In this document: in pieces, positions 29,046-43,017 of the stretch
Layout: the number at the start of each line of letters is the position of its first letter
Position numbering within the stretch: position 1 is the first letter of the stretch
Source of the DNA: Alphaproteobacteria bacterium
GTDB taxonomy: Bacteria > Pseudomonadota > Alphaproteobacteria > Bin95
Assembly: GCA_964291285.2 (NCBI GenBank)
Contig: OZ219787.1
Span: 2,145,666-2,209,665, forward strand
Length of the DNA stretch: 64,000 nucleotides
Reading direction: 5' to 3'
The notes under the pieces: generated by a model
Databases searched by the model: none
What the model was told of the DNA's origin: nothing
The model's input: only the letters and a program-made list of their open reading frames with translations
Program-made: the position numbers and the translations under genes

Positions 29046-29690
29046 ATGGGCCTCAAGGGACAGATCGTGCCGGTCACGCCGTTCCAGCAGAACTGCTCGA
29101 TCGTCTGGTCGGAGGCGACCATGGCGGGCGCGGTGGTGGACCCCGGCGGGGACCTGCCGCGCATCCGGGCCGCCGTGGAGCAGGCGGGGGTGGCGGTCGA
29201 GAAGATCCTGCTGACCCACGGCCATGTCGACCACGCCGCCGGCGCGGGCGCGCTCGCCGCCGAACTGGGCGTGCCGATCGAGGGGCCGCACGAGGCCGAC
29301 CGGTTCCTGATCGAGGGGCTGCCGGAGCAGGCGGCGCAGCTCGGCTTCGGCCCGGCGCTCGCCTTCGAGCCCTCGCGCTGGCTCGACGAGGGCGACGAGG
29401 TGGCGGTCTCCGACCTCGTGCTGGAGGTGCGCCACTGCCCCGGCCACACGCCGGGCCATGTGGTCTTCTTCCACCGGCCGTCCAACCTCGCCCTGGTGGG
29501 CGACGTGCTGTTCCAGGGCTCGGTCGGGCGGACCGACCTGCCGGGCGGCGACCATGCGGCGCTGATCCGCTCGATCCGCACCAAGCTCTGGCCGCTCGGC
29601 GCGGACATCGCCTTCCTGCCGGGGCACGGGCCGATGTCCACCTTCGCCGCCGAGCGCGCCTCCAACCCCTTCGTCGGCGACGGGGTTTAG
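29046..29690 (+). CDS. MBL-fold metallo-hydrolase (YcbL/GloC-like)
   Basis: VTPFQQNCS, THGHVDH, PGHTPGH, GDVLFQGSVGRTD, PGHG. Confidence 0.9.
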   Translation: MGLKGQIVPVTPFQQNCSIVWSEATMAGAVVDPGGDLPRIRAAVEQAGVAVEKILLTHGHVDHAAGAGALAAELGVPIEGPHEADRFLIEGLPEQAAQLGFGPALAFEPSRWLDEGDEVAVSDLVLEVRHCPGHTPGHVVFFHRPSNLALVGDVLFQGSVGRTDLPGGDHAALIRSIRTKLWPLGADIAFLPGHGPMSTFAAERASNPFVGDGV

Positions 29691-29737
29691 CGTCCCGTTC
29701 CGAAGCTCACGCGCCGTCGCCCGGGGCTCCCCACCCC

Positions 29738-29823
29738 GTCATGCCCGGACTTGTTCCGGGCATCCATTTCCGCCGCTGCGATGGCCCCCGAGGGAGATGC
29801 CCGGAACAAGTCCGGGCATGACG
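29738..29823. repeat. REP/RPE inverted pair between convergent genes
   Basis: CGTCATGCCCGGACTTGTTCCGGGCATC ... GATGCCCGGAACAAGTCCGGGCATGACG, perfect inverted copies. Confidence 0.9.
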
Positions 29824-29878
29824 ATATGGAGGCATGACGGAGGCGGACGACGTTCGGCCGCGCCGGAGAAGCAGGCCG

Positions 29879-30391
29879 CTACTCCTCCAGCTTGAGGCCG
29901 GGGATGCCGAGCTTGCCGGTGCGCTCGATCTTGGCGAGGATGCGGGCGTCGTGGCGGAACCACTGGCCCGCCTCCTTGTCGGGATTGGCCTTCGCCCATT
30001 CCTTGACGAACCAGTTGCCGCGCGCCCACTTGCCGTCCGGGTCCGCGGACTTCTTGAACTGCACGGCGAACATCGGCAGCTTCGGGTTCTCGATCAGCAG
30101 CCCGTCCACGACCGTCTTCATGCCGCAGAAGGGCACGAGGTCGGCCTGGGTGCCGGCGAAGGGGTCGAAATTCTTCGCCGCCGGGATGAGCCGGCCTTCT
30201 TCGGTCAGCAGGCCGAGCTGGCGCTTGCCGCCGCCGCAATTCTCCGGGCAGTCGCCGGTCAGTTCGCAGACGATATCCACGACGGTGACGGTCAGCCGCG
30301 CCTTCTCCTCGTGCTCGATGCCCCATTCGTCGGCGGCGAAGGCGGGCCCGGCGATCAGGGCCAGGCCGGCGAGAGCGGACAGGATACGCAT
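29879..30391 (-). CDS. exported Cys-containing hypothetical protein
   Basis: Signal peptide (AFA-A); VVDIVCELTGDCPENCGGG motif. Confidence 0.7.
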   Translation of the reverse strand: MRILSALAGLALIAGPAFAADEWGIEHEEKARLTVTVVDIVCELTGDCPENCGGGKRQLGLLTEEGRLIPAAKNFDPFAGTQADLVPFCGMKTVVDGLLIENPKLPMFAVQFKKSADPDGKWARGNWFVKEWAKANPDKEAGQWFRHDARILAKIERTGKLGIPGLKLEE

Positions 30392-30396
30392 GGGCC

Positions 30397-30813
30397 TCAC
30401 TCCCCGAACGGCATGATGCCGTATTCTTCATGGGTCAGGTTGACGACGCCGCCGTCCTCGGCGACCTCGGTCACGATCAGGTAGTTGACGCCGTCGCGCC
30501 GGTAGAGGTCGCCGTCCACCGTGACCCGGTGGGACTGGATGTCGATGACGCGCGGATTGTCCACCGGGTCCTCGTCCTCGATGCGGAGCACCATGTAGAC
30601 CGTCCCGTCATCGCCCTTGATGGAGACGGGAATGCCGCCGACCGCGCACCAGACCGCGCACTGGTGGTGCGCCGTGCCCTCGGCGAACATGATCTCGGTG
30701 ACGTAGCACCATGTGTCGATGACCTCGCCCGCGACGCGGACGCGCTCCGGCGCCGCGGCCTGCGCCCCGGAGACGCAGGCGAGCGCCAGAATTCCCGCCA
30801 GCAATGCCCTCAT
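30397..30813 (-). CDS. exported Cys/His-containing hypothetical protein
   Basis: Signal peptide (AQA-A); GEVIDTWCY...HHQCAVWCAVGGIP. Confidence 0.75.
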   Translation of the reverse strand: MRALLAGILALACVSGAQAAAPERVRVAGEVIDTWCYVTEIMFAEGTAHHQCAVWCAVGGIPVSIKGDDGTVYMVLRIEDEDPVDNPRVIDIQSHRVTVDGDLYRRDGVNYLIVTEVAEDGGVVNLTHEEYGIMPFGE

Positions 30814-31184
30814 TCAACCGCACTCCTCAGATAAGCGATGACGGCCGCGCGCTGTCCGGCTTTCCTGAAGCCCGGAAACGCCATGCGCGTGCCCTTTGCG
30901 AACGCCCTCGGCTTCGTCAGCCAGGCGTCGAGATTTTCCTCGGTCCAGACCTTGCCCCTGTGCCTGGCGAGCGCCTTCGAATATTTGAAGCCCGGCATCG
31001 AGGCGACGGGCCGGCCGACCACGCCCATGAGGTTCGGGCCGACCTTCTTCTTCCCCGTCTCGTCGAGGCGGTGGCAGACCGTGCATTTCTTCTTGAACAG
31101 CTTCGCCCCGTCGATATCGGCCGCCGCCGGCGCGACGATGCCCGCAAACAGTGCCGCCGCAACGGCAAATCCCGGAATCCGCAT
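30810..31184 (-). CDS. cytochrome c2-like class I cytochrome c
   Basis: Signal peptide, CTVCH, GPNL.GVVGR, GTRMAFPG axial Met. Confidence 0.93.
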   Translation of the reverse strand: MRIPGFAVAAALFAGIVAPAAADIDGAKLFKKKCTVCHRLDETGKKKVGPNLMGVVGRPVASMPGFKYSKALARHRGKVWTEENLDAWLTKPRAFAKGTRMAFPGFRKAGQRAAVIAYLRSAVE

Positions 31185-31338
31185 CTCCCGGAATCCCCTT
31201 CTTCCGAGGCGCCCGGCGCCAAATTACAGCCCGGCCGGGGCCGGCGCCAGCGTCCCGGCCGGGGCGGCTCATCACTTTTCCGTGTGCATCCGGGCCGCCT
31301 TTCCGTTACACTGAAGGTTCGGCCATCGCGGCCGCGAT

Positions 31339-31385
31339 ACGCAAGATGTTGTGGGTATTGGCCAAAAACCGCGTACTTGTTGTGT
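31339..31385 (+). promoter_or_regulatory. tandem NrdR boxes
   Basis: ACGCAAGATGTTGTGG (31339) and CGCGTACTTGTTGTGT (31370), 31 bp apart, just upstream of nrdA. Confidence 0.7.
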
Positions 31386-31398
31386 GTGGAGGCGGGAT

Positions 31399-33279
31399 AT
31401 GGACGGCGCAGGCGCATTGGAGCTCCGGGACGGCGCGGCGGGGGACGCGGCGCCGCTGCTGCGCGGCCTCACCGCCCACGAGGTCTATCAGAACGAGCGC
31501 GGCATCCGCGTCGTGCTGGACCGCGGCCGCGACGGGCTGCTGACCCGCTTCGGCAGGGAGACGCTGGAGGACCGCTACCTGATGCCGGGCGAGTCCTACC
31601 AGGACCTGTTCGCCCGCGTCGCCGGGCATTTCGCCGACGACAGCGCACACGCCCAGCGGCTCTACGACTACATCTCCCGGCTCTGGTTCATGCCGGCCAC
31701 GCCCGTGCTGTCCAACGGCGGCACCAAGCGCGGCCTGCCGATCTCCTGCTTCCTGAACGAGGCCGACGACAGCCTGGAGGGGATCGTCGGGCTCTGGACG
31801 GAGAATGTGTGGCTGGCGGCGCGCGGCGGCGGTATCGGCAGCTACTGGGGCAATCTGCGCTCCATCGGCGAGAAGGTCGGCCAGAACGGGCGCACCTCCG
31901 GCGTCATCCCCTTCGTGCGGGTCATGGACTCGCTCACCCTCGCCATCAGCCAGGGCAGCCTCAGGCGCGGCTCGGCGGCGGTCTACATGCAGGCGAGCCA
32001 CCCGGAGATCGAGGAGTTCGTCGAGCTGCGCCGGCCCACCGGCGGCGACCCCAACCGCAAGGCGCTCAACCTGCATCACGGCGTGCTGGTGCCGGACGCC
32101 TTCATGCGCGCCGTCGAGGCGGACGAGGAATGGGCGCTCATCAGCCCGCGCGACCACAGCGTGCAGAGCCGCATCCGCGCCCGCGACCTCTGGATCCGCA
32201 TCCTGACGGCCCGGATCGAGACCGGCGAGCCCTATCTCGTCTTCATCGACCATGTGAACCGGGCCCGTCCGGAGCACCACAAGCTGGCGGGACTGGAGGT
32301 GAAGACCTCGAACCTCTGCTCGGAAATCGTGCTGCCCACCGGCCCGGACCATCGCGGCGGCGAGCGCACGGCCGTGTGCTGCCTCTCCTCGCTCAACCTC
32401 GAGCGCTACCTGGAATGGGAGGACGCGCCGGGCTTCATCGAGGACGTGATGCGCTTCCTCGACAATGTGCTGGAGGACTTCATCCAGAACGCGCCGGACT
32501 CCATGAGCACGGCCGCCTACGCGGCGATGCGCGAGCGTTCGGTGGGGCTCGGCGTCATGGGCTTCCACAGCTTCCTGCAGAGCCTGGACGTGCCGCTCGA
32601 ATCCGTCATGGCGTCGGTCTGGAACCGGCGCATGTTCTCCCGCATCCAGGCGGATGCCGACGCGGCGTCGAAGCGGCTGGCGGCCGAGCGCGGCTCCTGC
32701 CCGGACGCCGCCGATTTCGGCATGGAGGAGCGCTTCTCCAACAAGACGGCGATTGCGCCGACCGCCTCCATCTCGATCATCTGCGGCGGCGCCTCGCCCG
32801 GCATCGAGCCGCTCGCGGCCAACGCCTACACCCACAAGACGCTCTCCGGCTCCTTCGCCGTGCGCAACCGCTATCTGGAGGCCGTGCTGGAGGCAGCCGG
32901 CCGCAACGACGAGGAGACCTGGTCCTCGATCACGGTCAACGAAGGCTCGGTGCAGCATCTCGACTTCCTGACCGATGGTCAGAAGGCCGTGTTCAAGACG
33001 GCGTTCGAGCTCGACCAGCGCTGGATCGTGGACCTTGCCGCCGAGCGCGCGCCGATGGTGGACCAGGCCCAGTCGGTCAACCTCTTCCTGCCCGCCGACA
33101 TCCACAAGCGCGACCTGCACGGGCTGCACGCCATGGCCTGGAAGCGCGGCCTGAAGAGCCTCTATTACTGCCGCTCGAAATCGCTCCAGCGCGCCGAGGC
33201 GGTGGGCGGCAAGCGGGTGGCGCGGCAGGACGAGGCGCCGCTCCGGGTCGATTACGAAGAGTGCCTCGCATGCCAGTGA
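31399..33279 (+). CDS. nrdA: ribonucleoside-diphosphate reductase class I alpha subunit (no ATP cone)
   Basis: ATPVLSN, PISCFL, SNLCSEI, APTASIS, KSLYYCRS, C-terminal EECLACQ. Confidence 0.93.
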   Translation: MDGAGALELRDGAAGDAAPLLRGLTAHEVYQNERGIRVVLDRGRDGLLTRFGRETLEDRYLMPGESYQDLFARVAGHFADDSAHAQRLYDYISRLWFMPATPVLSNGGTKRGLPISCFLNEADDSLEGIVGLWTENVWLAARGGGIGSYWGNLRSIGEKVGQNGRTSGVIPFVRVMDSLTLAISQGSLRRGSAAVYMQASHPEIEEFVELRRPTGGDPNRKALNLHHGVLVPDAFMRAVEADEEWALISPRDHSVQSRIRARDLWIRILTARIETGEPYLVFIDHVNRARPEHHKLAGLEVKTSNLCSEIVLPTGPDHRGGERTAVCCLSSLNLERYLEWEDAPGFIEDVMRFLDNVLEDFIQNAPDSMSTAAYAAMRERSVGLGVMGFHSFLQSLDVPLESVMASVWNRRMFSRIQADADAASKRLAAERGSCPDAADFGMEERFSNKTAIAPTASISIICGGASPGIEPLAANAYTHKTLSGSFAVRNRYLEAVLEAAGRNDEETWSSITVNEGSVQHLDFLTDGQKAVFKTAFELDQRWIVDLAAERAPMVDQAQSVNLFLPADIHKRDLHGLHAMAWKRGLKSLYYCRSKSLQRAEAVGGKRVARQDEAPLRVDYEECLACQ

Positions 33280-34016
33280 GCGGCGGGCCGCTTTCCGGAA
33301 AGACAGCCCTCGTCACCGGCGCCAGCCGCAATATCGGCCGCGAAATCTGCCTGCGGCTGGCGCGCGACGGCGCGCATGTCTGCGTCAACACCCGCCGGGC
33401 CGAGGATGCCGCCCGCGCGGTCGTGGCGGAAATCGAGGCCGAGGGCGGCTCCGCCTCGCTGCACATGGCGGACGTGACCGACGAGGCGGCCGTCGCGGCG
33501 ATGGCGGCGGCGGCGGGCCCGGTGGACATCCTGGTCAACAACGCCGCCATCCGCCGCCATGTGCCCTTCCTGGACTCGACGCTCGCCGACTGGCGCGAGG
33601 CGCAGGCGGTCGTGCTGGAAGGCGCCTATCTCTGCGCCCGCGCCGTGCTGGGGTCCATGCAGGCGAAGGGCTGGGGGCGGATCGTGAATATGGGCGGCGT
33701 CTCCGCGCATATGGGCATGGCGGAGCGCGCCCATGTCAGCGCCGCCAAGGCGGGGCTGATCGGCTTCACCAAGGGGCTGGCGACGGAGTTCGGCCCTGCC
33801 GGCGTCACCGTCAATTGCGTGGTGCCGGGCGTGATCGACACGGTGCGCGACCCCGGCGGGCTCAGCCCCGGACAGGCCAGCGCGGTGCCCATCGCCGTCG
33901 GCCGCCAGGGCCGCCCGGAGGAAGTCGCCGAGACGGTCGTGCATCTCTGCCAGCCGACAAGCGCCTACATCACCGGCGCGACCATCCATGTGAACGGGGG
34001 CGCCTACCTGCCCTGA
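33276..34016 (+). CDS. SDR family oxidoreductase
   Basis: TGASRNIG, LVNNA, HVSAAK, VNCVVPG; GTGA overlap with nrdA stop. Confidence 0.88.
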   Translation: MSGGPLSGKTALVTGASRNIGREICLRLARDGAHVCVNTRRAEDAARAVVAEIEAEGGSASLHMADVTDEAAVAAMAAAAGPVDILVNNAAIRRHVPFLDSTLADWREAQAVVLEGAYLCARAVLGSMQAKGWGRIVNMGGVSAHMGMAERAHVSAAKAGLIGFTKGLATEFGPAGVTVNCVVPGVIDTVRDPGGLSPGQASAVPIAVGRQGRPEEVAETVVHLCQPTSAYITGATIHVNGGAYLP

Positions 34017-34063
34017 CCGGCGACGGCCACGGGCCGGAAGGGGCAAAGGCCCGCTACAGCGAG

Positions 34064-35263
34064 ATGCAAACGGCCGACCGCCCTCCCCTCCGCCCCGGCG
34101 AGTTCGTGCCGCTCATCGCGTTGCTGATGTCTCTCGTCGCGCTCGCCATCGACGCGATGCTGCCCGCCCTGCCGGCGATCGGCCGCGACCTCGGGGCGGC
34201 GCGCCCGAACGACGTCCAGTTCGTGATAACGGCCGCGTTCGTCGGGCTCGGCCTCGGCCAGATGATCTTCGGCCCGCTCTCCGACCGCATAGGGCGCAGG
34301 CCGGCCATCCACGCCGGTCTCGCGCTGTTCGCGGCCGGATGCCTCATGAGCGTCTTCGCGCCCGACTTCGAGACGATGATCGCGGGCCGCGTGCTGCAGG
34401 GCTTCGGCGCGGCGGGGCCGCGGGTCGTGGTCATGGCGCTGGTGCGCGACCGGTATGAAGGAAGCCGGATGGCGCGCGTCCTGTCGTTCGCGATGGCGGT
34501 TTTCATCCTCGTTCCGGCAGTGGCCCCGGCGCTCGGGCAGGCGGTCCAGTGGCTCGGCGGCTGGCGCGCGATCTTCTTCGCCTTCCTTGCGGTCGCCGGG
34601 GTCGCGTTTGCATGGTTCGGGCTTCGCCAGCCGGAAACGCTCCCGCCCGCCCGCCGCCGGCCGTTTTCCCCGCGGGCCATCGGCGCGGGCGTTCTCGAAG
34701 TGCTGAGGATCCGGGCGTCTCTCGGCTATACGCTCGCCACCGGTTTCGTGTTCGCGGCGTTCGTCACCTATCTGAGCTGCGCCCAGCAGGTCTTCCAGGA
34801 GGCCCACACGACCGGCGCGCTCTTCCCGCTCTATTTCGCCCTGCTCGCGCTCGCCATCGCGGCCGCCTCGCTCGCAAACGGCCGCCTCGTGACGAAATAC
34901 GGCATGCAGCGGCTCGTCAGGGCGGCGACAATGACGATGGCGCTCCTCTCGGCGGCCGCGTGGGCGGCGGCGTTCGCCTTCGACGGGCTTCCGCCGCTCT
35001 GGCTCTTTGTCGCCTGCCTGTTCGCTGTCTTCCTCTGCATCGGCCTCCTCTTCGGCAACCTCATCGCTCTGGCGATGGAGCCCCTCGGCCATATCGCCGG
35101 CGTCGGCTCGGCGGTGGTCTCTTCGCTCTCCACCTTCATCTCGATTCCGCTCGGGGCGGCAGTGGCGCTCAGTTTCGACGGCACGATATACCCGCTGACC
35201 GCCGCCTTCGCCGTCTTCGGAGCGGCGGCCTGGGCCGCAATCCGGTGGGCCGGGAGACGCTGA
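34064..35263 (+). CDS. Bcr/CflA-type multidrug efflux MFS transporter
   Basis: AIDAMLPALP, GPLSDRIGRRP, GRVLQG. Confidence 0.9.
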   Translation: MQTADRPPLRPGEFVPLIALLMSLVALAIDAMLPALPAIGRDLGAARPNDVQFVITAAFVGLGLGQMIFGPLSDRIGRRPAIHAGLALFAAGCLMSVFAPDFETMIAGRVLQGFGAAGPRVVVMALVRDRYEGSRMARVLSFAMAVFILVPAVAPALGQAVQWLGGWRAIFFAFLAVAGVAFAWFGLRQPETLPPARRRPFSPRAIGAGVLEVLRIRASLGYTLATGFVFAAFVTYLSCAQQVFQEAHTTGALFPLYFALLALAIAAASLANGRLVTKYGMQRLVRAATMTMALLSAAAWAAAFAFDGLPPLWLFVACLFAVFLCIGLLFGNLIALAMEPLGHIAGVGSAVVSSLSTFISIPLGAAVALSFDGTIYPLTAAFAVFGAAAWAAIRWAGRR

Positions 35264-35271
35264 GCCGGGGC

Positions 35272-36483
35272 CTATCTCGGCCGCGACAGCCGGTACCAGG
35301 CCCAGGCGAGGAGCTGGAGCGCGAGCAGGCCGCCGAAGGCGGTCCGGTAGGCCTCTTCCGGATAGCGGCCCGCCTCGGCCTCCCAGAAGTCCAGCACGCC
35401 GCCGATGGCGTACTGGATGGCGAAGGCGCCGAGGAAGACCAGCAGGTTGAGCGCGGTGTTGGCGCGGCCCGCCAGCACCGAGCCGAAATAGGCCGAGAGA
35501 TAGGCATAGGAGAGGATGGTCATCTGGCCGGTCATGGCGAACAGCGCCCAGAAGGCCGTGGCCGGCGGCCAGAGGCCCAGCACGATGGCGAGCAGCGAGA
35601 CGACGAAGACCGCCACGATGGCCTCGACCACCGCCATTAGCGGGATGCCGCGCCGGTTCGCCCAGTCGCCGAGCGCGCCCGAGAGCAGGATGCCGACAAT
35701 GAAGGCCGCCGCCATCAGGAAGAGCGTCGAGGCGACCTCCTCCGGGCCGAGGCCGCCCACGTCGCGCAGCCAGGGCGCGGCCCAGAGGGTCTGGAGCGCG
35801 ATATGAGCGCCGCAGGTTCCCGCGATGATCGGCGCGAGGCTCCAGAAGGTGCGGTCCCGATAGACATGGGCGATCCCGGCGATCTGCGCCCCGAAGCCGC
35901 CGCGGCTCAGCATGTCGGGCTTCTCGCGCGGCGCCAGCAGGAAGATGGCCGAGGCCGCGAGCGCGACCGCGCCGCCGAGTCCCGCGAAAACGGCCCGCCA
36001 GCCGTAAGCCGCCACGGCCATGTGGGCAGGTTCCGTCGCCGCCAGCACCCCGAAGCCGCCGAATACCATGACGAGCGCGTTGAACAGCGGCACGCGCTCG
36101 GGCGGCGCCCAGAGCACCACGGCCTTGAAGGACGCCATCAGCCCGCCGGCGAAGCCGAGCCCGATCAGGAGGCGCGCGCCCACCAGCATGTCCGCCGACC
36201 CGCCGGCCGCGAACAGGACGGAGCCGAGCGCCGAGACCATGAGCAGGCAGGCCTGCACCCGGCGCGGCCCGAACCGGTCCAGCAGCACGCCGAGCGGCAG
36301 CTGGAAGGCGCCGAAGCCGAACAGGTAGGCGGCCGTAATCAGCCCGAGCCCTTCGGCGGTCACGCCGACATCGCGCTCCAGGTCCGCCACCACCACGGCG
36401 TTCACCGCGCGCAGCAGGTAGGACATGAAATAGCCGAGGCCGAAGGGTGCTACGACCGCGGCCCAGAGGCGCCAGGGGCTCAT
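35272..36483 (-). CDS. MFS transporter
   Basis: GVLLDRFGPRR motif A, many TM segments. Confidence 0.88.
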   Translation of the reverse strand: MSPWRLWAAVVAPFGLGYFMSYLLRAVNAVVVADLERDVGVTAEGLGLITAAYLFGFGAFQLPLGVLLDRFGPRRVQACLLMVSALGSVLFAAGGSADMLVGARLLIGLGFAGGLMASFKAVVLWAPPERVPLFNALVMVFGGFGVLAATEPAHMAVAAYGWRAVFAGLGGAVALAASAIFLLAPREKPDMLSRGGFGAQIAGIAHVYRDRTFWSLAPIIAGTCGAHIALQTLWAAPWLRDVGGLGPEEVASTLFLMAAAFIVGILLSGALGDWANRRGIPLMAVVEAIVAVFVVSLLAIVLGLWPPATAFWALFAMTGQMTILSYAYLSAYFGSVLAGRANTALNLLVFLGAFAIQYAIGGVLDFWEAEAGRYPEEAYRTAFGGLLALQLLAWAWYRLSRPR

Positions 36484-36493
36484 GGACGCGCCC

Positions 36494-42316
<5,823 letters not shown>

Positions 42317-42380
42317 CCCGCGGGCGCTCCGGGCGGATAAGGACCCCGTTGCAGCGAGGCGATGGAGCGCGAACGAGGCC

Positions 42381-42677
42381 ATGCGAGCATGCATCTTCAG
42401 CCCGACCCGCACGGCGATGCAGCAGGGCCGGGGACGGACCGGCATGTGGGTGGTCGAGTTCGAGCAGGAATCGGCCCGACAGCTTGATCCGCTCATGGGC
42501 TGGACCAGCTCCCGCGACACCCGCCAGCAGGTGCGGCTGGAATTCGCGACGCAGGAGGCGGCCCTCGCCTATTGCGAGAAGCGCGGCCTCGAATACAGCC
42601 TGCGCGCCCCGCAGCAGCGCCGCGTGAGACCGAAGGCCTACGCGGACAATTTCCGCTGGAACCGGGTCTCCGGGTAA
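42381..42677 (+). CDS. ETC complex I subunit, NDUFS4-like
   Basis: IFSP.RTAMQQG, DPLMGWTSS.DT..QV.L.F, KAYADNF. Confidence 0.9.
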   Translation: MRACIFSPTRTAMQQGRGRTGMWVVEFEQESARQLDPLMGWTSSRDTRQQVRLEFATQEAALAYCEKRGLEYSLRAPQQRRVRPKAYADNFRWNRVSG

Positions 42678-42687
42678 GCGGACATGC

Positions 42688-42764
42688 GCGCCCTTAGCTC
42701 AGCTGGATAGAGCAGCGGACTTCTAATCCGCAGGTCGGAGGTTCGAGTCCTCCAGGGCGCGCCA
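42688..42764 (+). tRNA. tRNA-Arg (anticodon UCU)
   Basis: GCGCCCU/AGGGCGC acceptor stem, GCGGA-CUUCUAA-UCCGC, GUUCGAGUC T loop, CCA end. Confidence 0.96.
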
Positions 42765-43017
42765 ATGACCGAATTGCATCGCGCCGCGATCACGAGCGAG
42801 ACGAATACCCGACTGAGCAGCTTGCGCCGCGGCAGGCCAAAGGAGACGCTGCCGTGGCCGCCGAAGACGAGGCGCCATTGTCTCATCCCGGCCGCCCGCG
42901 ACATCGACGGAAGCCCGGTCTGCCGGACCGAAGCGCTTCAGGTGGGTGCGCGGACGCCTTGCCCGGGGCGCGCATGTTTCCGCCCCGATTTGACAACACT
43001 CAACCATTTCGTCCTAA

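Noticed and set aside
30804-34016. 1070-aa ORF and similar long N-terminal extensions (3396-5984, 36494-38278, 37369-40197, 57829-59949, 59846-63238)
   Set aside because: Stop-poor shadow frames running into real genes; true starts assigned by motifs and overlaps
42765-43017. Prophage or island attachment site at tRNA-Arg (also checked tRNA-Sec)
   Set aside because: No integrase and no duplicated tRNA 3' end seen in the window
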